Shown piece after piece: positions 41,226 through 50,081 of a stretch of 64,000 bases of DNA (its first letter is position 1; the number at the start of each line of letters is the position of its first letter). The notes below the pieces were generated by a model, which had not been told where the DNA came from, ran no database searches, and worked only from the letters and a program-made list of their open reading frames with translations. Source of the stretch: Ignavibacteriota bacterium (GTDB taxonomy: Bacteria; Bacteroidota; Ignavibacteria; UBA10030). Both the position numbers and the translations under genes were made by a program. Location of the stretch: NCBI GenBank assembly GCA_963701295.1, contig OY969585.1, positions 2,720,001-2,784,000 of the forward strand, read 5' to 3'.

Positions 41226-41362
41226 TAAAAAAATAGACCCGACGCACTACATAACGTCGGGTAATGGGAATGGGAGTAAACAATCACCGCGCGCCAACAC
41301 AGTGATGCTACTGAAAAATAGCCTTGATATCTTCGGGGGAGGGATATCAACTTACCCCCTTT
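41226..41362 (-). ncRNA. Candidate structured RNA ending in a terminator between the YncE and OMP genes
   Basis: TTGATATC-CCTCCCCCGAA-GATATCAA; ATCACTGTG..CGCGGTGAT; ACCCGACG-loop-CGTCGGGT then T-tract. Confidence 0.45.
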
Positions 41363-41378
41363 TCAATTCAATCAGGTA

Positions 41379-42407
41379 TCAATGCTTTATAACAATGAGA
41401 TATGCGCCTATGACCGGCCCGCGTGGACGGTGGCCATTTCGATCCAACAGTGCATCTGGCGCAGGAGGGCCGTATTGTGGTTGGAACAGATACGCCACAT
41501 GCTTTATTGTATCGACGGAAATTGTTTTTGCACCAGTCATAGAGGTAACAGTAGCAACGACACTGTATCGGTCAGGTGAATCTTCGTGAACGATTGTTAC
41601 ATTGCTATCGCGGCCAGCTGGAATATATATTAACTTTTCGGACGGATCCCAGCCAAGTGCGTCAACACCTTCGCCATTTGGTATTAGCGCTACGATCTTG
41701 CCGGTTTTTGGATTCACTACTGCCGACATTTTACTGCAACCGGAAAAGATCCTGTCTGTAGACCGATCATATGCGATTCCAGTCGGTCCTTCGCAAGAAT
41801 CTAACGGCCACGAGCCGAGAGCTTTCATTGTTTTGGCGTCGATCACCTGGATTGTGTTCTTTCTTTCATTGTTTACGAAAAGTTTCCCTTTCCCATCGCT
41901 TGCAGCACCTTCAGGTGCATTATCTTCAAGCCGGGCTTCTCCTGTAATAACTCCAGTGTTTGGATCGACCGCTGTAGCCGTGCCGATAGTACTATGATTG
42001 GTCAAAATGAGGCGGTCTGAGAAGTCATCGTACATGATTCCATCCAGTCCGCCAGCCGGAATCTTGATTTTCTTGATAGTGGCAAGTGTTGTAAGATCAA
42101 ACATCGTGACTGTAGAATCACCACGGTTGGTTGTGAACCCGTGATTGTATTTTGCAACAAGTGCGATTCCGTGAGTGCCCGGTGTTTCTGGAATATCGGC
42201 GATCATTGTGCCAGTGTTTCCGTCTATTACCATAACATGTGAACCACGTGAGACAAAGACCCGTCCGGTACCGGGTTCAGCAGTTAGATAGTCCGTACCC
42301 CCTTCACCGCCGATGCTGTATTTCTGAACCGTAAAGGTTTGTGATTGCAGAATTCCACTGATACAACTCCCGAAAAAAAGGGTAGCAAACATAAAGAATT
42401 TTTTCAT
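41379..42407 (-). CDS. Secreted YncE/YVTN-type beta-propeller
   Basis: Signal peptide MKKFFMF; DYL..EP..GRVFVSR, HGIAL, GFTTN, PEGAASDGKG, PTGIAYD repeats. Confidence 0.85.
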   Translation of the reverse strand: MKKFFMFATLFFGSCISGILQSQTFTVQKYSIGGEGGTDYLTAEPGTGRVFVSRGSHVMVIDGNTGTMIADIPETPGTHGIALVAKYNHGFTTNRGDSTVTMFDLTTLATIKKIKIPAGGLDGIMYDDFSDRLILTNHSTIGTATAVDPNTGVITGEARLEDNAPEGAASDGKGKLFVNNERKNTIQVIDAKTMKALGSWPLDSCEGPTGIAYDRSTDRIFSGCSKMSAVVNPKTGKIVALIPNGEGVDALGWDPSEKLIYIPAGRDSNVTIVHEDSPDRYSVVATVTSMTGAKTISVDTIKHVAYLFQPQYGPPAPDALLDRNGHRPRGPVIGAYLIVIKH

Positions 42408-42489
42408 ATCATCCTCTTTCGTTAATTGTAAATTGTTTAATGCAAACATCTTTTTATCAACGTGGACACTCCGTCTATGTCAAACCATG

Positions 42490-42741
42490 TTACTTCGATT
42501 CTTTCTTGCCTTGAATATTCAAGAGAGGCGTCAATTTTTGGTCGTACGGCAAAATGATTGTCAAGTTATTGGGGCTATTCACTACGTCTTTGAGCTGGGA
42601 GATGTAATACCATTGCAGATAATTCTGCGTCAGTCCATTGCCAATTATTTTTTGAGCATTCGAAATGCCCTGAGCCTCAATTGCTTTTCTTTGAGCCTCC
42701 TTCTGAGCATATTGTATGGTATATTCCATTTGTTGCGCTTC
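42490..42741 (-). pseudogene. Prohibitin/SPFH-family C-terminal fragment
   Basis: EAQQMEY...AQKEAQRKAIEAQGI..AQKII..GLT..YLQW......L...SPN; SPFH core is missing. Confidence 0.7.
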
Positions 42742-42912
42742 CGGCTTTGGTTCTTCCATACTGATCCTTATATTTCTTCTGTTCTGATGCTTCCTCTGCG
42801 GTCATCTTTTTCATCTCCGCATTAATTACCAAAAGTGTAAGCCTTCGTTTGGTCACCTTCAGTTAATACACTTTCATTGCTGGAACAGACTCATATAATT
42901 TGAAAAACAAAG

Positions 42913-44145
42913 CTACGCCCATAATGCCTGTAGCGGAACGGCATAAAGATTCTTATCAAAGGGAATGACTTCCTTTCCATCGTACAGCACGATGCCGCGC
43001 AGAAACTTCTTCTTCATTTCAGCTTCCAGCATCTTCATCGTTTTAAATGATGATGCATCGACCTTTTGACCGCTTTTGACTTCAATACAAACTATACTGC
43101 CATCGCGGCGTTCAAGTAGAAAATCAATTTCTTGCCCGGTTTGTGTCCGGAAATGATGTATCTGCGGCTGCGTCTTACTCCACGAGATCAGTTTCAACAA
43201 TTCATTGAGAACAAATGATTCTACAGCTTTTCCCATGATCTCTCCATCAGACCGAAGCCGTTGCACATCCGCTCCAAGAAGATACAGCATCAATCCGGTA
43301 TCTGTCAGGTACAGCTTCGGTGTCTTAATGAGACGTTTGCTCAGATTCTTAGACCACGGCATTACCAATCGCACAAGGAACGTGGTTTCAAGCAGAGTCA
43401 TGTATCTTTTTAAGGTTGTCTGCGGAATAGTACTGCTATTGGACAACTCTGCGAAATTCAACAAAGACCCTGAACGGCTGGCGAGAAGAGCAAGCAGCCG
43501 TGGAAGCGCTGTTAATCCTTCGATGTGCATGAGATCTCGGATATCACGCTGCAAGATGGTAGTTACATACGAACTGAACCAGGAATTCCTGCGAGCCGGA
43601 TCATTGCGCTGCAATGCTTCAAAATATCCACCTTTTATCATCCGTTCATTCAATGGAGGCCGGTTGATATTTTTTACGGAATATCTGGGCATTTTCTCTA
43701 CAAAGATGTCCTCTGCAAATGACCCCTTTGTTTCTTCGATCTCACTTTGTGAACATGGGTACAAGGAAAGTATCTCCATTCGCCCTGCAAGCGACTCAGA
43801 AAGTTTCGGAATGAGTAGTACGTTTGCCGACCCCGTTAAAAGAAATTGGCCTGCCCTCCTTTTTTTATCTATAGAAGCCTTCAATGCGAGAAATATTTCC
43901 GGTGCCCGTTGGACTTCATCGATAATGAGCGGCTCTTGATAACCGGCTAAAAATCCTTCCGGATTATTATGCACGGCGGAGAGAACCACCGCATCGTCCA
44001 ATGTGACATATCGAGCAGTATGCCCATGCGATGATAGCCACTCCACCAATGTGCTTTTTCCTACCTGCCGGGCTCCATTGAGCAAGACAACAGGACTATC
44101 CTTGAGAGCATTAAGTAAATTCGGTGTAATAGTACGCTGTATCAT
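42913..44145 (-). CDS. AAA+ ATPase with DUF4143 and PD-(D/E)xK-like C-terminus
   Basis: GARQVGKST, IDEVQRAP, LTGSA, ESLAGR, K.PKLY.TDTG, EIDFLLE..CIEVK; start moved to 44145. Confidence 0.92.
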   Translation of the reverse strand: MIQRTITPNLLNALKDSPVVLLNGARQVGKSTLVEWLSSHGHTARYVTLDDAVVLSAVHNNPEGFLAGYQEPLIIDEVQRAPEIFLALKASIDKKRRAGQFLLTGSANVLLIPKLSESLAGRMEILSLYPCSQSEIEETKGSFAEDIFVEKMPRYSVKNINRPPLNERMIKGGYFEALQRNDPARRNSWFSSYVTTILQRDIRDLMHIEGLTALPRLLALLASRSGSLLNFAELSNSSTIPQTTLKRYMTLLETTFLVRLVMPWSKNLSKRLIKTPKLYLTDTGLMLYLLGADVQRLRSDGEIMGKAVESFVLNELLKLISWSKTQPQIHHFRTQTGQEIDFLLERRDGSIVCIEVKSGQKVDASSFKTMKMLEAEMKKKFLRGIVLYDGKEVIPFDKNLYAVPLQALWA

Positions 44146-44151
44146 AACTGA

Positions 44152-44217
44152 AACGTAACAATTTGTATTGAAATAATCAACCACTAAATGGCTGATAATC
44201 ATCCATACAATGGACGA
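44152..44217 (-). promoter_or_regulatory. Putative leaderless promoter overlapped by two 22-bp palindromic repeats
   Basis: TTGATT-17-TACGTT with TGn extension, 6 nt before ATG; repeats at 44174-44195 and 44196-44217. Confidence 0.55.
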
Positions 44218-44443
44218 ATGCACATCCACACCGGTTTCGCCAAATCACGGAAGAACTTAAAATAAGGAGGGGCGTTATTTTAACTTCTTCTATTAGCCTA
44301 AAATAAGGATTTTCATCAAGCGGCAGGGGGCAAAGACTATCTTTGTTTTTCATCGGAAATCCCTGAAAGGAGCTTCAAATATTTAATATTAATTCCGAGA
44401 AATTTTATCTAGCGGTATTTCTATGACGTGATGCAATGTTGAG

Positions 44444-44539
44444 AGTAGAGATAAGTGCGGGCCCCCGCTACACTTTTGGCTGATTCTGAAAAGATTCGGC
44501 CTTTTATCTTATAATCTCGACTTGAACCTGACGTTAGGA
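44444..44539 (-). mobile_element. Degenerate attC-like site
   Basis: Minus strand TCCTAAC-GTCAG-GTTCAAGT-CGA ... GC-ACTTATC; R' absent; 23 bp after the stop at 44563. Confidence 0.5.
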
Positions 44540-44562
44540 ACTTTAGCAGTCAGTAAAAAAAG

Positions 44563-45555
44563 TTATCTCTGAAGTTCTCCGTTGTTAGGATTTCCAGGAT
44601 CGTCAAGCAATTGGATGTATGTGCATGGTCCTAAATCCGGATTTTCCCATGAAGACAATGCCCACACCACTTTCTTTTCCGGTGTTACTTCAAAAACCTG
44701 TACTGTACCTTTCCATTCTTCTGTTTTTGGATTACCCGCGCACCAATTGCAGATAACTGTATTTCCATTGGAAAGCCTATTGGCAGTCTGGTTGTTGAAT
44801 AATTTGAAAGGTACATCGGCTTGAGTAAGTTCCCACACTGTCTCCCCTTTCATGTTTACTTCTCGTGTATAACTCGACCAATCGCCGGAGATCAGTGTAT
44901 TCTCGTTATGCAATCGAATTACAGACCATGGAGATTTTGCATTCACCGACCACACCTCTTTGCCATCCAAAGTATACTCAACCACTTTGTTTTCTGATAA
45001 TAATGGTACTATAAGCGTACGATTTTGTGTGATTCTTACATGACGAAATTGTCCGTGAGTTCCTGTAGTGGTTGTTGGGATTAAAATCTCCTTCATAATT
45101 TTATTTTCTGCGGTATTAATGATTAACACTTTTGCTGGATTGGCGTTGAGAACCATCAATACGCTGTCTTTCCCTATTGGCTGGCATGAATGCGATTCAG
45201 TTCCTTTAGGACAAGAGAATTTCCAAATTATCTTTTTATCCGGAGTGATAATCCCTGCGCCTGACATACAAGCATACACAATGTTACCGTTTGAAAGCAT
45301 TGTTATATCATCAAATTCCTGATTACTTACTGAATCCGGATGCATAGGTATTGAATATTTCCAGACTACTTTACCATCGCGGACAAGAAACATCGATTGT
45401 GCTTCGGGATGACGTGTATCCCATTCACCAACATATAAAAAAGGATGCTGGCGTAATCCGTTCCCTGGAAATTTGTTGTCATTATTTAGTATATGAGCGT
45501 TTGGAGTGAAAGATAAGAAGAAGAAAATGAATGAAAGAAACATATTTATTCTCAT
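44563..45555 (-). CDS. Secreted beta-propeller protein (LxNGN repeats), function unknown
   Basis: Signal peptide; LSNGNIVY, LHNENTLI, LSNGNTVI; G/K.VVW blade ends. Confidence 0.75.
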   Translation of the reverse strand: MRINMFLSFIFFFLSFTPNAHILNNDNKFPGNGLRQHPFLYVGEWDTRHPEAQSMFLVRDGKVVWKYSIPMHPDSVSNQEFDDITMLSNGNIVYACMSGAGIITPDKKIIWKFSCPKGTESHSCQPIGKDSVLMVLNANPAKVLIINTAENKIMKEILIPTTTTGTHGQFRHVRITQNRTLIVPLLSENKVVEYTLDGKEVWSVNAKSPWSVIRLHNENTLISGDWSSYTREVNMKGETVWELTQADVPFKLFNNQTANRLSNGNTVICNWCAGNPKTEEWKGTVQVFEVTPEKKVVWALSSWENPDLGPCTYIQLLDDPGNPNNGELQR

Positions 45556-45605
45556 TGAACGTCCTCGTTCTATAAAAATTTTATATTGGTTTTATTGAAT
45601 TATTA

Positions 45606-46970
45606 TTACTGAACTTTAATGAGTTCGATACCTTTACCGTTTGGATCGAGATTTCTGCTATATTGTTTTTTATCGGAATTATTCCAATGCTCATGTACAC
45701 CGAGGCTTGATAGTCTTACCCCGTCAGGTTGATAAATTGTTTTTGACGGTGGGTCGTTTGCCAATGCTGCTTCATACATATATGTATCGGCAGGCGCACC
45801 GCTGCTTTTTCCCAATCTATCGCCAAATTCAGAACGTAAAAAGTCGTAACCGACTCCATCGATTGCCACTGGATCCTGAGACATAAAAATACTTGAAAGC
45901 CATTGGCCATTGAAGAGATTATTCCAAGCAGCAAACTCTTTGCTCACAATATCATTAACATCGCGGATGCCGTACAAGCCATCTATAATATAGAGGATGG
46001 TTTTCCCACCAAGATATTTCGAACCGATAAGGTCGACAAATGGATGATACACACCCGGGTTGTACCATGGATGATCCTGTGCATTAATTGAACCGTAATG
46101 ATTTTTTGCTGTAAGGCTTATACCCATTGAAATATGCCCTTTCATTAAAGACATATTAATGAGGTATGATGCTTCAAATACCTTTTGAGGAATCGAAGTA
46201 CCACATTTTGTTTCACCGGAATAATGAAGGGCATGTTCGTGCCAGACTACAGGCAGCCGGCCGTTTTCATTGTTCCCCTTGGAATCCATCCATAATACAC
46301 CTGGAAATTCCTGATGACAAGGCTCGTAAATCCGATCTGGGATAACCCGGATAGCTTCGTAAAACATAATTTTATACTGTGGCACTCCGGCATAATTGAC
46401 TAACTGTCTTATAAGTGCAAGTACAGTTTGTTTGGATGCATCAATTTGATTATCAACATCGCCATATCCTTCATAGGCATTATTACAATTGATTTTAACG
46501 GCGACCAGTTCGCCAGATTGATAGCCCTTTTCGCCTCTGTTGTTTGTTGAATTATAGTAAGAGAATATTTTGTTCCATGCTTCTTTTTCATTAGAATCAC
46601 CTGTGAGCCTGCAAATATTTTTCGACATCATCTTATCGACAACATCCTGTTTTGTTGAGTTATCATCCCACCAATGTCCTGTAACACCGTCCCAGAGTGT
46701 GGCGGTAGTATCCCGGCACCATACAACCCTGCCCGGAAAAATTCCTTTGCCAACGCCAATCGAGCAATTGGCGGAATCTTTCGGCACCCAAACTTTAGAG
46801 GTTTTTCCCTGTATATCAGAATTACCGTCATAAGAACTGAATCCATACACGGCAAAAAGAACCGCACTACAGATGCTTGCAAATAGCAAAATCTTGTAAC
46901 CAGAAACGGAGATGATATCCCAAGTGCAGACTCGTATTTTCCTAATTCTTGTTTCTTTTTGAATTTTCAT
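45606..46970 (-). CDS. DUF362-domain protein with N-terminal signal/TM
   Basis: G.GKGIFPGRVVW, VAVKINCN, YLIN...MKGH..GISLTAKNHYG, LYIIDGL, S.DPVAID. Confidence 0.8.
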   Translation of the reverse strand: MKIQKETRIRKIRVCTWDIISVSGYKILLFASICSAVLFAVYGFSSYDGNSDIQGKTSKVWVPKDSANCSIGVGKGIFPGRVVWCRDTTATLWDGVTGHWWDDNSTKQDVVDKMMSKNICRLTGDSNEKEAWNKIFSYYNSTNNRGEKGYQSGELVAVKINCNNAYEGYGDVDNQIDASKQTVLALIRQLVNYAGVPQYKIMFYEAIRVIPDRIYEPCHQEFPGVLWMDSKGNNENGRLPVVWHEHALHYSGETKCGTSIPQKVFEASYLINMSLMKGHISMGISLTAKNHYGSINAQDHPWYNPGVYHPFVDLIGSKYLGGKTILYIIDGLYGIRDVNDIVSKEFAAWNNLFNGQWLSSIFMSQDPVAIDGVGYDFLRSEFGDRLGKSSGAPADTYMYEAALANDPPSKTIYQPDGVRLSSLGVHEHWNNSDKKQYSRNLDPNGKGIELIKVQ

Positions 46971-47018
46971 TTTTACCCTATTCGTCCTTTCGATTTTAGC
47001 AATTTGATTTCATACTAT

Positions 47019-47948
47019 TCAATGAAATATTCTGCCAATAGTATAATCGGCATCTGTATCTATTATCTGTATACTCGACATAGTTTTTAAGAAAGTCGTA
47101 TCCTTATAAATCCAAATAACCTTTTTATCTCGCGTAACCTCGAATGCATGAGGGGCTTTCCCAAATTGGTTATGGCCTAACCAATTGGTCAACAGTAAAT
47201 TTCCATTCGGAAGACATTGCATTCCGGCCATAAATTTTAATTCAATGCCCGGAAGTTCATTTTTCGATAATTGCCAGACAAACATTCCCTTTGTATCCAC
47301 TTCGACAATCCGGGGATCGCCGTTATGGTCGGAACAGGCAATCAACGTATTTCCATTTGGCAAACGGATTACAGAATGCGGCCCGCCGGTTATAGGTATT
47401 TCCATGATCTTCTTGCCGGATGAATCGTATTCACACACGTTATCAAGTCCGTAATGTGCGACAAGGTAATTGCCATTTTCAAGTTTTCGGGCGTTCCGCA
47501 TGAAGGAGTGTCCGCCATCGACGGTATCGGGCAGAAGTTTTATTTCTTTTATTATTCTACCAACCGGATTCACTTCCAGCAGACGTCCTGAATTGCATTC
47601 ACCGATAAATGTATTGCTATTTGGAAGACGCTGACAGGCATATATTTCACTTTTCGATTCATAGGAGAACACTACTTTTTTATCCCGCGTAACTTCTTTC
47701 ACTCCATTGCCGGTATTGAATAAAATATTCCCATCGGACAACGCCCAAACATCATTACAACGTTCAGCCGGATATTGCCATACTAATTTACCTTCATCCG
47801 AAATTATACAGACAATCCCCTGAGTATAATCGGCGCAGAGAAAGGTATGGCACACTTTTCCGGTCTGGCTCGTTTGTGCCGTAGCAGAATTGAAAAGAAT
47901 TGATATAAGTGATATGAAAAAACCGAGTCGATACTTTGAGGTTTTCAT
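47019..47948 (-). CDS. Secreted beta-propeller protein, paralog of 44563-45555
   Basis: LSDGNILF, LENGNYLV, LPNGNTLI, LPNGNLLL, FEVTRDKKVIW; ATGA overlap with the GH97 stop. Confidence 0.75.
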   Translation of the reverse strand: MKTSKYRLGFFISLISILFNSATAQTSQTGKVCHTFLCADYTQGIVCIISDEGKLVWQYPAERCNDVWALSDGNILFNTGNGVKEVTRDKKVVFSYESKSEIYACQRLPNSNTFIGECNSGRLLEVNPVGRIIKEIKLLPDTVDGGHSFMRNARKLENGNYLVAHYGLDNVCEYDSSGKKIMEIPITGGPHSVIRLPNGNTLIACSDHNGDPRIVEVDTKGMFVWQLSKNELPGIELKFMAGMQCLPNGNLLLTNWLGHNQFGKAPHAFEVTRDKKVIWIYKDTTFLKTMSSIQIIDTDADYTIGRIFH

Positions 47949-49933
47949 TTTACCTTTTTGATTCGAGCCGCCCAACCACCGCCAGGTGCAAGTTGTATTT
48001 TCAATTTATCACTTGAAGAAATTTTGATTGTTTCCTTTTTATAGTCAGTAGCTTCTCGATCTGCATTGATTCCGTCTTTGAAAATTACCGCTTCATATTT
48101 TCCATCACTCAGGAAGGAAAAGTCAAGCGTTATGTCCCGTGCATTCCAATTAGTCATTGCCCCAATATACCAGGTATCTCCTTTTCTTCGGGCAAGCGCT
48201 ACATATTCTCCGACCACTCCATCCAGCGGAACAGTCTCGTCGAATGTTGTGGGAACTCTGACAATAAAATCGGTGCACTCTTGCTCTTTTATATATGTAG
48301 TTGGATTATCCGAAAGCATTTGAAGCGGCGCCTCGAAAACAACGTACATTGCTAATTGCTGGCAGCGGGTGCCCTGACTCATCGGATTCGCTCCGATCGG
48401 CCTGAAGTCTTCCTTGACAGCATTTCTCATCGCGCCAGGAGTGTAATCCATCGGGCCGGCCATCATCCGTATGTAGGGAATGCTGACAACATAGCGTGGC
48501 TGATCTTCGATAGCCCATTTATAATTCTCCAACCCCTTTACTCCTTCATAACCGATGACGTTGGGATACGTCCGCTGAAGACCGGTTGGTTTGAATACAC
48601 CATGGTAATCGACAAGCAGGTGATACTCTGCTGCTTTCTTTGCTATTTCATACAACGAAGCAACTGCTATTTGATCATCACGATCGACGAAATCAATTTT
48701 AAATCCTTTCACACCCATTTTAGAATACATAGGAAAAACTTTATCCATTTGCTGAGTAACAGCATACCATGAAGCCCAAAGAATTACATCCACACCTTTT
48801 TGTTTACCATAATCTAATATTTCCTGAAGATTGATTTCCGGAACGACTTTCGTCAGGTCTAACACCTCAGACCATCCTCTGTCCATGATGATATAAGGAA
48901 TTTTATTTGCCGCGGCAAAATCGATATAATACTTGTAGGTTGGAGTGTTGATGCCAGCTTTAAAATCCACATGAGAGATATTCCAATTATTCCACCAATC
49001 CCATGCTACTTGTCCCGGTTTTATCCAAGATATGTCGGTAAGTCTTGGAGGCGATGCTAACTTTTGCACAATGTCATTGTTCAATAATTCTTTGTCGCAC
49101 TGGCTGATGGCAATCACCCGCCATGGAAAATTTCGGGTACCGTAAGTTTTTGCAATATAGTCAGCTCTTTTCGTTGGAATGTAATTGATGCCTCCAAATC
49201 CGCCTAACTGTGCTTCTAAGGGATAGGGCGCGTATACCCCCATAAATCCTTTGCGCGTTTTATTAATATTGAGATACATACCTGGATAATTTTCGACGTC
49301 TGCCTCCAGAATTACAACTTTTTTATTACTACCTACATCGATCAACGCAGGCAGAAACGCCAGAGAGTCTTTTAAAAATTGAGAGATATTGATTTCTCGA
49401 TACAGGGCTTCAAAAGAAGAGTTAAATATTTTCCCACCTCTATAATCCCACGTAAAAGGAATGAATGCTTTATAATCATCCGTAAAATTGAAATTGGCTT
49501 CTTCATTCTTTATGATGAGATCACCTTCTTTCTTTGTAAAGAATCGATATGTAACTGCATCATTGTAGACTCTGAAGATAAATCCGTAATCACCCTGGCA
49601 ATCAATCGTGATCTGATTACACTGATCGGGAATAGATGCTTTCCTATAATTGATTGGAGTAATCACCTGATCAATTTTTTCGGTTTTGGTATTTGTGATT
49701 GTGACATTGTTACCCAACGCTTCGCCATTCTCCAATTGCATTGAGCTTGTGGATGGAGCAATGATCTGCATTCCTTCGCATTGAACAGACCAGATCATTT
49801 TAGATCCAACTTCAAGCCTTAAGGTAATTTTATTGTCTGGAGATTTGACCTCAAAGTTTTTGCTTTTTTGTGCATTCACTATTGCTGAATTCAACAATAG
49901 TGCTATGACTAATCCAATTCGTATAATTTTCAT
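47945..49933 (-). CDS. GH97 glycoside hydrolase, probably retaining subgroup
   Basis: SWIKPG.VAWDWW, GFKIDF, YEGVKGLE, RMMAGPMDYTPG; start moved to 49933. Confidence 0.93.
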   Translation of the reverse strand: MKIIRIGLVIALLLNSAIVNAQKSKNFEVKSPDNKITLRLEVGSKMIWSVQCEGMQIIAPSTSSMQLENGEALGNNVTITNTKTEKIDQVITPINYRKASIPDQCNQITIDCQGDYGFIFRVYNDAVTYRFFTKKEGDLIIKNEEANFNFTDDYKAFIPFTWDYRGGKIFNSSFEALYREINISQFLKDSLAFLPALIDVGSNKKVVILEADVENYPGMYLNINKTRKGFMGVYAPYPLEAQLGGFGGINYIPTKRADYIAKTYGTRNFPWRVIAISQCDKELLNNDIVQKLASPPRLTDISWIKPGQVAWDWWNNWNISHVDFKAGINTPTYKYYIDFAAANKIPYIIMDRGWSEVLDLTKVVPEINLQEILDYGKQKGVDVILWASWYAVTQQMDKVFPMYSKMGVKGFKIDFVDRDDQIAVASLYEIAKKAAEYHLLVDYHGVFKPTGLQRTYPNVIGYEGVKGLENYKWAIEDQPRYVVSIPYIRMMAGPMDYTPGAMRNAVKEDFRPIGANPMSQGTRCQQLAMYVVFEAPLQMLSDNPTTYIKEQECTDFIVRVPTTFDETVPLDGVVGEYVALARRKGDTWYIGAMTNWNARDITLDFSFLSDGKYEAVIFKDGINADREATDYKKETIKISSSDKLKIQLAPGGGWAARIKKVK

Positions 49934-50081
49934 TTCACCCTCATTGGTAGAAATATAATTTAACCATCGAATGCTCTTTCGAAGGCACTTGTTCAATCTA
50001 AGCTTTGGTGGCCAGAGAAGAATGGTCGCGTCGAGTAATCCTTTCTCCATTTGAATTATAACGATCGAATCCGCCGACCAT

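Noticed and set aside
43205-43939. 244-aa plus-strand ORF
   Set aside because: Antisense shadow of the AAA/DUF4143 gene with no motifs
44268-44471. GGGGCGTT and GCCCCCG as the second att copy of tRNA-Arg
   Set aside because: Matches are only 7-8 bp and either in the wrong orientation or mostly flank sequence
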